A stretch of 64,000 nucleotides of DNA from Histomonas meleagridis 2922-C6/04-290x. Lineage: Eukaryota > Protista > Parabasalia. Positions 9,721 through 20,899 of this stretch are shown piece by piece. The stretch's first letter is position 1. Every line of letters starts with the position of its first letter. The DNA lies in contig JAANOX010000275.1 of NCBI GenBank assembly GCA_020184695.1, positions 62,001-126,000 on the forward strand, written 5' to 3'. Made by a program: the position numbers and the translations under genes. Below the pieces are notes generated by a model. The model searched no databases. It was not told the origin of the DNA and saw only the letters and a list, made by a program, of their open reading frames with translations.

Positions 9721-11112
9721 ATGGAAGAGAAAGAAGAAGAAAACAAAGAAAAAATATTAATAAGAAGAGATACTCACAATTCACGCACACGTTCAGTTTT
9801 ATCACCTAGATATTCAAGTCCAAATAATGATGATTTTTCATTAAGTAAACCTCTTTTTCCATATCTTCCATCATTCTCACAAAAGACACGTAAAGAAAAA
9901 TATTTTTTGTTCATGAAGGCATTTGAAGAAAAAACATTACAAATTCGAACCAAAGAATTAAAGTCTTCTAATTCTCCAGTTGAACCCCTTCTTCCACCGG
10001 AAACGATTTCAGAAATATTAAACACACGTAATTCCTTATTTGAACGCGTTAAAGAAACCGAAATTCGAAAAACGATTTCACGGTCTAAAACAGAGTCAGA
10101 TCCCACACCTGCTAATTTTGTAAATAGTGAACAAATTCCAACATTTAATCCCCTTCAAAACACCAATTTTAATTCAAGAATATCACATCTCTCTAATTTC
10201 AAAATGATTGTTTCGTGTATTCTTATCCAACATCGAGTTTCAACTCGTCTTCAGCAACTTTCTCAATATCTTAGTACAATATCAACAGATTTTTTTGAAA
10301 CTCTTCAAAATTCTTCCTACGAAAAATCTGCTTTTTTAATTTTCATTCACTTCTTTCACTCAAAATTTCATGTTTACGTTCATTTCCAAAAAGCTTCAAT
10401 CCTTCCACAATGGATTCTCTTCCAACAGAACCCCCAAATATTGAAGCGTATCAAATTTCACGACCATTTCCACTTTATTCACCAGATTTTTGTTAAACAA
10501 TATCAACTTTCATCATTCAGTCGAACAGAAAAGACTGCATTTGTAGCAGCACCAATAGCGCAACCAAAAAAATTTCCTTATGTTAAAGAAGAGCAACCTA
10601 TTTTTGAACGTGTTCCATCGAACAACGAATTTCCAGAGAAAGAGAAAGAAAAAGAGAAAGAGAAAGAAATTCAACAAAAAATCACAAATTCACATTCAAC
10701 AAAATCATTTTGTTCACTTTCATTTACATTTTCTAATATATTAAATTATCCACGTTCGACACAATATTATTCATTTGATCCTTCATATTCCCTTATACCG
10801 CAAATTATGGAATTTCCTGATTTACAAAATGAAATCGGAAAATCTTCAATTCTTTCATTGCCAACATTAGAAGAATATGAAAAAGTATCAATTTCTAAAA
10901 GTTCGTGTGTCGCTCCATTTGCATTTGCTGGAGTTCCCGATTTCTTTTTATCAGAAATGAGTGGTCCTGAATCAATTGATTTGAAAGAACTCGAAAATGA
11001 CGATGATGTCGATGGAATTGATGTAACAATCAAAACGAGGCCTATTGGTGATTTTCTAACGAAGCCTTTACCTCAAAAAGAATCGAAGTCATGTATTAGC
11101 AGAGGTAGTTGA
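9721..11112 (+). CDS. Hypothetical protein (463 aa)
   Basis: Long open frame, acidic N-terminus, EK dipeptide run; no family recognised. Confidence 0.7.
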   Translation: MEEKEEENKEKILIRRDTHNSRTRSVLSPRYSSPNNDDFSLSKPLFPYLPSFSQKTRKEKYFLFMKAFEEKTLQIRTKELKSSNSPVEPLLPPETISEILNTRNSLFERVKETEIRKTISRSKTESDPTPANFVNSEQIPTFNPLQNTNFNSRISHLSNFKMIVSCILIQHRVSTRLQQLSQYLSTISTDFFETLQNSSYEKSAFLIFIHFFHSKFHVYVHFQKASILPQWILFQQNPQILKRIKFHDHFHFIHQIFVKQYQLSSFSRTEKTAFVAAPIAQPKKFPYVKEEQPIFERVPSNNEFPEKEKEKEKEKEIQQKITNSHSTKSFCSLSFTFSNILNYPRSTQYYSFDPSYSLIPQIMEFPDLQNEIGKSSILSLPTLEEYEKVSISKSSCVAPFAFAGVPDFFLSEMSGPESIDLKELENDDDVDGIDVTIKTRPIGDFLTKPLPQKESKSCISRGS

Positions 11113-11874
11113 TAAACAACAAAATGAAATGAAAGATAAACAAACAAAAAGGAATCCAAAATGTTGTTAATGGAATTCAAGAAATTAATAAAATGATTCA
11201 AGAAAAATCACTAAAAATTCCATTGGATGATATTCAATCGTGTTTGAATTAATAAAAATAAATGTTTATAATGACAAAAATTATAATTCTTTTTTTACTA
11301 AAAGAAATGTTAATATTAATATTACAATAATCGAATAACTTACAATTTAATTAAATATTGATGAAATTTTAAAGAAGCTTAAATCGAAAAAAACTTCCCT
11401 GTTGTAACTTTAATAACTCAGGATAATAATTTTTCAAACAAATCAGGATATAATTTAAAGTGTGTTATTTATGATAGCTAACTTATCTAATGATGTTTAT
11501 AATAAGAAAAAAATTTTATTCATTGCTTACATCCTTATCTATTAAAATTAAATGCAATATTTACTTATAAGAAATGTGCAGAAAATGGAAAGATTGCTAT
11601 TCCCAAAATTTCAGGGAAAAATAAAAAATCTCTAATAACAAGATTTTAAAATTGCTTGTAAAACAATAGCTTCATGATATTCTTTTTCACATTTTTGTTG
11701 TTACGATTCTTGTCTCTAATACAAAACGGCAATCGTTTTTTGCTACAGACAAACCTTGTCAATTTTGATAGCAAAAAAACAATATGTATGTCATTTTACT
11801 TCTATTAAATTTGATAGATAAATAATAGGTGGAGCAAAATGTCATCAAATATTATTTATTTAGGATTATTTTTC

Positions 11875-12065
11875 AACTTTTGGGAAATGTTTTAATATTG
11901 TGATCTGGTTCACCACAATTCGAAAATCTATGTATATCTTTCGATTTTGGTTTTCCAGGAAGGATCACATTTTTAGACGGATGAATACAAATTTTCCCTT
12001 TTATCGAAAAATTATTTGGCATTCAAGTAGTACTTATAGTATATGTTTGTTTCAAATCTAAAATA
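11875..12065 (-). pseudogene. Possible decayed Mutator-like transposase C-terminus (zinc-knuckle remnant)
   Basis: Minus frame LPGKPKSKDIHRFSNCGEPDHNIKTFPK resembles GRPK...RCxxCxxxGHNxxTC with two Cys codons read as Phe; stops upstream. Confidence 0.35.
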
Positions 12066-12233
12066 TATATTTATATCTTTAAACTGGTCATTAAATGAAG
12101 AATATATCAAATGAATAAGAAAAATATTAAACAAAGATGTATCATTATTATTATGAATAAGCTTTTCTACATTTATGACAAATTCTTTGATATTTTCTTC
12201 ATTTAAGTTAAAAATAATTTTTTCAAGTGAAAG

Positions 12234-12344
12234 TTATATTTGTGATGTAACCCAGTTGCTTTTAGGTCTGTGGATAATTACTGGAGTTGGTACTGGTACC
12301 TTAGTAGATACAGTTTTGGTAGCAGTGCTTGAGTTGTTTCCCAT
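12234..12344 (-). CDS. Candidate 36-aa micropeptide with N-myristoylation motif
   Basis: MGNNSSTATKTVSTKVPVPTPVIIHRPKSNWVTSQI-stop; TCATT Inr 4 nt before the ATG; GC clearly higher than flanks; below the ORF-track length cut-off. Confidence 0.5.
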   Translation of the reverse strand: MGNNSSTATKTVSTKVPVPTPVIIHRPKSNWVTSQI

Positions 12345-12479
12345 AATAAATGATAATTTAACGGTCTATTGTATCCAATTGTTCATTAGGACTTTTGAGT
12401 GGATTTCTCTCACAAAAAACGAAATAAAATTTGTATTTGTAAATAAAAAAAAATTATTTTGTTTTTAAAATATGTTTAT

Positions 12480-14576
12480 TTACATCTGATTTATAAATTT
12501 TTCTTCTTTGAAATCGTCTGCAAATGGATCTTCTTCAATATTTGAATTATTGATCCCAACTGAAAATGTATTATCTATTTCAGTAATTTGATTATTATTT
12601 TCATCTGAAATATTCATTTCTTCTTCATTTTGCTTTCGCTTCTTATTTTGATATTTAATCATAAATATTACGATTCCGACAATTATCAAAACTATCACAA
12701 TAGCGCCGCATATAATACCAATTAACAATTCATTTGAGATCGAATTATCTTTTTGGTGTAACATCAGTGACAACTAATGTATAAAAGTCAGAATAATAAC
12801 TGTAATAAGACGAATAATATATAACAGTGTAATCGTAATAAATGACATTTGTCGATATATAACTATAAGTTGATTCAAATGTGAACAATGAAATTGTATT
12901 TATGTATTTACTATAAAAATGTAATCGAAAGTGTAATAGATAATGAATGTGTCAAAGTGAACGAATGTGTTAAAGATAAAGTTACATCCGATGAATGAGT
13001 AACTGATGAAGTTAGTGAATTTGATTTTGTAAATGTGTTTGAGTTAGTGAATGTGAGTGTTGGCGGGAGACATTCGTCAAGTGTTGTTCCCTTAGTAATT
13101 TCCATATTACCAAATGTTTCATTTTGATATGTTTCTATTGTCATAACTGTTGTCGCATTGATATTAACAAATGCATCATTTTGTATTTCTGGTGAAGTTT
13201 CTCCATTAAAATGAATACATTGAAGTGATGTACAATTAGTAAATGCACATGAATTAATATATTGAACATTTTCATCAATAAAAATTCTTTCTAAATTATT
13301 ACAACTTGCAAAAGCATAATTCATAATAGAAATGACTGATTTAGGAATTGTAAATGTTTTACTTTTCATATTCGGATAACTAATAATATATGTAATTTCT
13401 TTATTATATAAAACGCCATCGTTTTCATAATTCGAATATCCTTTGTTTTCTTCTGAAACATTAATAAATTGAAGATTTGTACATTCTAAAAAAATGGATT
13501 CCCAATAGAAGTAACAGAAAGAGGTATATAAATATTCACAAGGTTTGTACACCCTCTGAATGCATCTCAGTCCATATTTCGTACGCCTCCATATAATGTT
13601 ATCGCTTTAAGTCCTGTACATTTATAAAAATGCATTACCACTAATGCTATTACAACGGATTGTAATGTTATTTACTGAAATACATTCTGCAACTGCACTT
13701 CCTCCAATCCCACTCATTAATTTATCTGGAACTTGGACATATTTTTAATTGTTTACATGATGCAAATGCTCCACTACCGATATTTCCAACTGTTTCTCCA
13801 ATTATTACTGTTGTTAATAAAGGCCATTCTCTGAATGCATTACTTTCAAGCTCGCCAACATTAATAATTATAACACGTTCTGTAACATTCATATAAGCAT
13901 TTGAATAATCATTGGAATCAGATATTGTGAGTGTTTTTGTCTCTTCGTCATATGATTGTTTTGTATTAACAAAAAATATAATCATTAAAATCAAAAATAT
14001 ATTGATATTTTGCTTATTTTTGTTATAAATTAAATAACTTTTATAAAAATATTTAATAATAAGATAAAGAATATCAAATATAATTAAAAATGAAATAATA
14101 TACAAATTGTTAATTGTTGATTTAAATATGTAACAATAAAATTTCTTCAATAAAAAATAAAATATTTTCACTTTATTTATTATATAAATATCAAAATAGA
14201 TTGCATTTTTTTCTAAATAATAAATAAAGTGATTTTTAAATTAGAAAGAAGGAATTAATTCGAAACATTTGTCAAAGATATGAAATAGTTCTATAAATAT
14301 ATGACTAAATAAATAATGATAATATTCGAAACTTATTTGATAAATCTTTATATATGAGGAATATAAATTTTTGGAATTTGAATGATTTTTGTTATTGTTG
14401 AACAAATAATGAGTATATTCATTATGGTTCTGTTGATTTGTTGTTACATTTTTGTTTTTGATATATATATATTTCATATTTTCATTAAAAATATTTTCAT
14501 CATGAAATGTGTTGTAAATAAGATCAATAAACCAAATGCTGAAGGCCATTAATAGATATATTTCATTATTTTTCAT
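12480..14576 (-). pseudogene. BspA-like LRR surface protein, copy A (several frameshifts; pseudogene or poorly polished)
   Basis: ORF fragments 13722-14171, 12911-13552 and 12480-12773 match copy B; TM LLIGIICGAIVIVLIIVGIVIFM; tail with EEDPFADDFKEE. Confidence 0.75.
12660..13992. repeat. Near-identical 1.33-kb direct repeat (partner 15943-17269)
   Basis: Shared block runs from ILMIIFFVNTKQ to the end of the TM helix; flanks unrelated. Confidence 0.9.
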
Positions 14577-15795
14577 CAATTTAATGATTGGAATTGGAAG
14601 ATATATTCTTGATTTTGACTCGAACAAATGACTTTCAAATTTTCATCAAAAATGTATGAAACCTATTGTTTTTCATCTGAAATTGAAATTGTCTACAAAA
14701 ATTTAATCGATACGAGTCATAGACAATGATAAGTGAGATGATAATGTACTCTTCTCATTTTTGCTTGTAACTTGATACAAAATCTTTTTTGTTTTCATAG
14801 CATTTTGATTATGAAAACGATCAAAATCACTCAATACGACAATAATTCAATACTAAGCTTTCAAATTGAAATTTTCAGCTTTTCTATATAGTCGTATCAA
14901 TTATTTTAAAATCTAACTGCGCTTTACAGTCAAATTTATTCAAAAATATTCACAGAAATTATTTTCATAAACAATGAACATTTTTAAAAAGAATTACTCG
15001 TTGTTTTTTTGTTGATAGCTTATTTCTTGTATCCAGCAGTATTTCAGAAGCGTATTATATGTCTAAGCAAATCGATATATCCAGAAAAATAAGCCAAATA
15101 TATTTTGTTTATAAATCAACATATATTCATGATCTTTTTCATTTAGATTCATAATAACTCATTCGAACACTTTCACAAACATTAATCATCATTGGTATCT
15201 TTATACTATAACAAGTTCTTAATAAGGTTAATCCAAGTTTTATCAGTGTTTCATCTATTCGCAATTTCAATAGAAACAAACATTCCATTTTTTCAGGACA
15301 AATACTTTAAAATTCTTATAACATTTCGCAGAGTTCGTATTTGACTGCTCGTATTCATTATTCAGACGAAAACTCGTTTTAATACAACATGGCATTTAAA
15401 TAAATTCGATATCTTAGAATTTCATAAAGTTGAAAATGATTAGACACAAACCTTAATCAGGAATTATTCATCAGAAGTGTGATACACAATGATTCATAAA
15501 AATTAAAATATGTAATAAATTATATTGCATATCGCCATAGGTTGTACTCAGGAAAATATTCTGCACATAAAAATTATATTTACAAATTTTTAAACTGATT
15601 TACTATAAAATCTTTGAAAAAATTAACGCATGCGATAAAATATTTTCAATATTATTACTATAAAACTGTGCTCTGTTGCAGTCTGATGGCTCCTTCCCCA
15701 TATTTTTATGTAAAACAAATTTCTTTTCACAACAAACAAAGATTAACAAAAACAGAAAAACATTTTATTACCACATTTCATCAAATTTACTATAC

Positions 15796-17928
15796 TCAAA
15801 TCCATTGGTCCTCATCTTCCTTTATCAAACTATTAAATTCATTGTCCACTTCTTCGTGATTTCCTCCCGTAGTTGATGACGTATTATTATTTACATTCGA
15901 CAACGACTTTTTTTCTGTTGTTTGTTTCTTATTTCTCTTCAACATAAATATTACGATTCCGACAATTATCAAAACTATCACAATAGCGCCGCATATAATA
16001 CCAATTAACAATTCATTTGAGATCGAATTATCTTTTGGTGTAACATCAGTGACAACTAATGTATAAAAGTCAGAATAATAACTGTAATAAGACGAATAAT
16101 ATATAACAGTGTAATCGTAATAAATGACATTTGTCGATATATAACTATAAGTTGATTCAAATGTGAACAATGAAATTGTATTTATGTATTTACTATAAAA
16201 TGTAATCGAAAGTGTAATAGATAATGAATGTGTCAAAGTGAACGAATGTGTTAAAGATAAAGTTACATCCGATGAATGAGTAACTGATGAAGTTAGTGAA
16301 TTTGATTTTGTAAATGTGTTTGAGTTAGTGAATGTGAGTGTTGGCGGGAGACATTCGTCAAGTGTTGTTCCCTTAGTAATTTCCATATTACCAAATGTTT
16401 CATTTTGATATGTTTCTATTGTCATAACTGTTGTCGCATTGATATTAACAAATGCATCATTTTTTATTTCTGGTGAAATTACTCCATTAAAATGAATACA
16501 TTGAAGTGATGTACAATTAGTAAATGCACATGAATTAATATATTGAACATTTTCATCAATAAAAATTCTTTCTAAATTATTACAACTTGCAAAAGCATAA
16601 TTCATAATAGAAATGACTGATTTAGGAATTGTAAATGTTTTACTTTTCATATTCGGATAACTAATAATATATGTAATTTCTTTATTATATAAAACGCCAT
16701 CGTTTTCATAATTCGAATATCCTTTGTTTTCTTCTGAAACATTAATAAATTGAAGATTTGTACATTCTAAAAATGGATTCCCAATCGAAGTAACAGAACT
16801 TGGTATATAAATATTCACAAGGTTTGTACACCCTCTGAATGCATCTGAGTCAATATTTCGTACGCCTTCATATAATGTTATCGTTTCAAGTCCTGTACAT
16901 TTATAAAATGCATTACCACTAATGCTATTACAACGGATTGTAATGTTATTTAATGAAATACATTCTGCAAATGCACTTCCTCCAATTCCACTCATTAATT
17001 TATCTGGAAATTGGACATATTTTAATTGTTTACATGATGCAAATGCTCCACTACCGATATTTCCAACTGTTTCTCCAATTATTACTGTTGTTAATAAAGG
17101 CCATTCTCTGAATGCATTACTTTCAAGCTCGCCAACATTAATAATTATAACACGTTCTGTAACATTCATATAAGCATTTGAATAATCATTGGAATCAGAT
17201 ATTGTGAGTGTTTTTGTCTCTTCGTCATATGATTGTTTTGTATTAACAAAAAATATAATCATTAAAATCGGAATAACTTTGATTTTTTGATGAATGCTTT
17301 TCTGATTAAAATAAATTATAAAAAAGAAAGTAAAAACAAAAAATATAAATAAGAACAAATTTATGTTTGCATTTACCGAAGTAATTAATGCATTGAATAT
17401 CTTTGGTAGATTTTTAAGAATATTATTGTTGAAATTAATTGAAAAATAACATTTAAGACTTTCATTAAAATGATATATATTATGTAAGATATAAAAAATT
17501 ACAGTCATTTTAGAATAAAAATATGAAATTACTAATTTTGGAGAAATGATGTGCCAAAAGCATATTGCATTGTTATCAAGAGAATTGTTGAATGAAACCA
17601 ATTGTGAGAAATGATTTATGTTGTTTGCTGTTTGAATTTTAGATGAAAATATTTGACTTCTTATGTGTTTTATCCGATCAATAGGCATATAATGTATGCT
17701 TTGGTTATGCACATGCATGTTCGTTGTTTTATTTTCTGTGAGGGAATTAAAATAATATTTATTTCGAATAAAAACATTGTTGCTGATATTTACGAGGAGG
17801 ATGAAAGTGCCAATGTGAATTAATACTATCATCAATTGAGAATATCCATCATATTTCATCGATTTGGTATATGCGTTTACAATATTGGGATTGGATTTGG
17901 CTTTTCCAAATAACCTCAAATTTTTCAT
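15796..17928 (-). CDS. BspA-like (TpLRR) type I surface protein, copy B; start uncertain (17928 or 17262)
   Basis: Repeats such as IGSGAFASCKQLKYVQFP, IDSDAFRGCTNLVNIYIPSSVTSIG; Ser/Thr stalk, TM helix, acidic tail. Confidence 0.9.
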   Translation of the reverse strand: MKNLRLFGKAKSNPNIVNAYTKSMKYDGYSQLMIVLIHIGTFILLVNISNNVFIRNKYYFNSLTENKTTNMHVHNQSIHYMPIDRIKHIRSQIFSSKIQTANNINHFSQLVSFNNSLDNNAICFWHIISPKLVISYFYSKMTVIFYILHNIYHFNESLKCYFSINFNNNILKNLPKIFNALITSVNANINLFLFIFFVFTFFFIIYFNQKSIHQKIKVIPILMIIFFVNTKQSYDEETKTLTISDSNDYSNAYMNVTERVIIINVGELESNAFREWPLLTTVIIGETVGNIGSGAFASCKQLKYVQFPDKLMSGIGGSAFAECISLNNITIRCNSISGNAFYKCTGLETITLYEGVRNIDSDAFRGCTNLVNIYIPSSVTSIGNPFLECTNLQFINVSEENKGYSNYENDGVLYNKEITYIISYPNMKSKTFTIPKSVISIMNYAFASCNNLERIFIDENVQYINSCAFTNCTSLQCIHFNGVISPEIKNDAFVNINATTVMTIETYQNETFGNMEITKGTTLDECLPPTLTFTNSNTFTKSNSLTSSVTHSSDVTLSLTHSFTLTHSLSITLSITFYSKYINTISLFTFESTYSYISTNVIYYDYTVIYYSSYYSYYSDFYTLVVTDVTPKDNSISNELLIGIICGAIVIVLIIVGIVIFMLKRNKKQTTEKKSLSNVNNNTSSTTGGNHEEVDNEFNSLIKEDEDQWI

Positions 17929-18419
17929 TAGAAATGTGTGTAACAACTGTTGTTCAATGTGAAATGTGAGTTTTCATCGAAATTTTTTTGGATGTCAAGA
18001 CAAGCACATGAAGCATTAAGTGACATGAGAAGATTTCATTTACTTGCTCACAAGTGAGGAATTGACATTTGAATGGAATTTAAGGGAAAACGACAAATAC
18101 AACCAACTTTTTATGAAAAGTCATTCAACTTTTGTGTGCTCATGTCAAAATCGTATCAAAACCGTTTTCTGACAACACGCTTAAAAAGTTTACAAAAAGT
18201 CAAATCAACAATTCAGAACGCAGCGACCGTTATGCACCAAATCATAATCATTTATGTTCATTTATACCAAAAAATTTGTGTTCTGTTTTTCACTTATAAA
18301 ATGAATTAAGTTCTTTTGCCTCAAGAAATAAAAAAATTGAAATTTTACGCTTAATGACAGCACACGTAATATTTTAATGTATCCAACAGCTATTATGAAT
18401 AGTTTGAATTGGGTTTTAT

Positions 18420-19181
18420 TTACCATCCGGCACCTTCGCCAGCATTGTTCCATTCTTGTTCAGTTTGTGTTGCACCGCTTTCGGCAGTTGGTGTAGAATC
18501 AACAGTTGTAACATCAGTCGCAACTGTTTCTTCGCCTTCGTGATCGATTTGTTCTTGGATGTTTTGCTCATCGCGTGTATCACGATAGAAGTAAAGATCT
18601 GGAAGAACCTTCCATTCTTGTGTGCGGAGGAGTTCACCACGGAGACGTAAGACTTCACGGGTAAGTAACCACATAACAAGACCAATTGAGGTCTTATTCT
18701 TTGTATTACATGGAATAACACAATCAACATAACGGAGGCTGGCATCAGTATCGCAGAGAGCAATGCATGGGATGTTGGCATAAGCAGCTTCGGTGATGGC
18801 TTGTGTATCAGTATTTGGATCACAAACAATGATAAGACGTGGTTCCATGAACTTACCCTTGATGGAGTGGTTAGTGAAGAAACCTGGTGTGAAACGTTGG
18901 TTGATGCAAAGGCATCCAAGGAATTGTGAGAATTTATGAACTGCACGTTGACCAAATGGCTTTGCAGAAATAGCAAGAACATCACGTGGTTCTTCAACAG
19001 CATAGATCATACGAGCGGCGAGCTTAATTTTTTCGTATGTCATTCCAAGATTGATGATGTGTGTTCCTGTCTTTGTACGTGTGAAAACATATGGTTGCAT
19101 TCCAAAGGAAAGGTTGGATGAACCAATATGTACCTTAGCGGCGAGCATTTTCTTGATGGAGGCTTCTCTATCAGTTTGCAT
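18420..19181 (-). CDS. RPSA: 40S ribosomal protein SA (uS2)
   Basis: MLAAKVHIG, RFTPGFFTN, EPRLIIVCDPNTDTQAITEAAYANIPCIALCDTDASLRYVDCVIPCN; first ATG at 19181 (the track start is TTG). Confidence 0.97.
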   Translation of the reverse strand: MQTDREASIKKMLAAKVHIGSSNLSFGMQPYVFTRTKTGTHIINLGMTYEKIKLAARMIYAVEEPRDVLAISAKPFGQRAVHKFSQFLGCLCINQRFTPGFFTNHSIKGKFMEPRLIIVCDPNTDTQAITEAAYANIPCIALCDTDASLRYVDCVIPCNTKNKTSIGLVMWLLTREVLRLRGELLRTQEWKVLPDLYFYRDTRDEQNIQEQIDHEGEETVATDVTTVDSTPTAESGATQTEQEWNNAGEGAGW

Positions 19182-19186
19182 AGACG

Positions 19187-19218
19187 AAAGGACGGCCAAA
19201 CCGCTTATTTGACGGTTA
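19187..19218 (-). promoter_or_regulatory. M5 (CCTTT) plus two inverted M3-like elements upstream of RPSA
   Basis: Minus strand CCTTT 5 nt before the ATG; AGCGGTTT (minus, 19198-19205) and GACGGTTA (plus, 19211-19218). Confidence 0.6.
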
Positions 19219-20455
19219 TTTGCTCTTATGATGAAAAGAAAACCAATACCATTGGTAAACTGAAGATTTCTTTTCTATCCGAGTGTTAAAATAATGTGAA
19301 TAGTTTGAATTTCACATGTTGTTATTTGTGTTATATTTTGTTCTTATTTGATAAAAATTTGATTTTGAAGAAAAGAATAAGTTGTTTACTCCCATTAAAA
19401 AAATCGTGTTTTCTAATCGGCTTGCTAACTTGGATGTTATGTAACTTAAAAATTAAAATACAAATTATAAATTATAAAGTCAAATTTAAATTACACTCAA
19501 AACTCATTTCAATTCTCAGAAACACTCACCGCCTATATTTACATATAATATTTTTGAGAATAATAAATTACTGTTTAAAAATTATAAATCCTTGTAATCA
19601 TTAAAAACAAAAAACAACGAAATTCTCGTTATGCAATAGCATATAAAAGAAGTTAATTTCATTTAAATGACGACTTTACTAAATTTTGAAAATTTTAATT
19701 CATAAGAAGAATGATTTGAATACGACAAGTACATTAATTTTCAAAATACATCATAACCAAAATAATTATTATGATCAACTTTAGAAACAATATTTGGTCA
19801 CAAAAAAAAAATAAAAGAAAATAAACAATACCATTTTGATTACATTATTGAGCGAATAGCTTCACATGAAGATTCAGAGTTGGATAAAGAATGATTCCGA
19901 TTTCAGGATTACGCAGTTCGATGTAGCGAAAAAAGATGAAAATAACTGATTCAATTACAACCGGTCTTTTCAATTTATTTTCAAAATTGAGTTGCAACCG
20001 ATAGAATAACGTCGTTTATTGAATGTAATTTCCCATAATTCAATTGCACAACTTTGGAATAATTGGATTCAATTTTTGGATTTCTCCTCACAAATTTTCG
20101 TCTTTCAAAAAAGTTTGAAAAGAAAATATTTTTGAGACCAATTTTATCGGTAATTGGCTAAATTGTCTACCAGTAAAAAATTGGTCAATATGATTAATTA
20201 TCTGATCAAAATTTCGAGTAATATTTTAATATAAAATTAAAATTTATTTTATAACTAAACACTGTGATAAGTTGGGTTCGTATTTCTAAATTAATATTTT
20301 ATTCGCAAAATATGAACCGATAAGACTATAACGATAACGAAGTTCTGCTCTCAAAAAAAAAATATTTTCAGAGGTGTTAACTTTTATAGTGACTTTTTGT
20401 ATGCATTCTCTGAAACCGAAGTCTTCATTGAACTGAATTTCAAAAATCTTGTTCC

Positions 20456-20899
20456 ATGATAAGCGAAGCACATCAAATTGTTAGACCTCAACCAAGGAAA
20501 AGAGAGTTTATGCCTAGCGCTGATTTTTCACCAAGCCCAATAGCTTCACAACGAACACAAGAAAATATTTCAAACTCAAATTACCAAAGAATACGAATTG
20601 GGCCTCAATGCTCGACCCCTAAGCAAATCAAAATCACAGTGCCACGTTTCACAAAAAGAAAAAGAAGAATGACAGTAAGTGCTCTCGAAATTTCACCAAA
20701 AAGAATTAATCGTTGCGCAAGTAGCGATCAACAGTTATCAAAACAATTTATAAACAAGGCGAAAAAGTTTTTCGATTCACAGAACAAGTTAAATGATCAA
20801 AATGCAAAGAAAGAAGAAGAAGAACTACCAAAAATCATTGAAACGCAGCCCAAATTCCAAGTGTGCATGTCAAATGGGCGGAGGCTATCTTTAAGATAG
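20456..20899 (+). CDS. Hypothetical basic, likely disordered protein (147 aa)
   Basis: Open frame with higher GC than flanks; SP/TP motifs and basic clusters. Confidence 0.65.
   Translation: MISEAHQIVRPQPRKREFMPSADFSPSPIASQRTQENISNSNYQRIRIGPQCSTPKQIKITVPRFTKRKRRMTVSALEISPKRINRCASSDQQLSKQFINKAKKFFDSQNKLNDQNAKKEEEELPKIIETQPKFQVCMSNGRRLSLR

Larger units (their letters stand above)
7551..10824. repeat. Right arm of large inverted duplication (empty site for the YR element at 8182-8188)
   Basis: Reverse complement of 1-4075 minus the 912-bp element. Confidence 0.95.

Noticed and set aside
12175-12468. Plus-strand 97-aa ORF
   Set aside because: It overlaps the better-supported minus-strand micropeptide (Inr, MG motif) and has no recognisable features.
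14700-15600. Possible degraded coding sequence between the BspA copies
   Set aside because: Short open stretches only; no motif I can recognise.
19620-20280. Possible decayed gene or transposon fragment
   Set aside because: Patchy coding-like composition with many stops; no assignable family.
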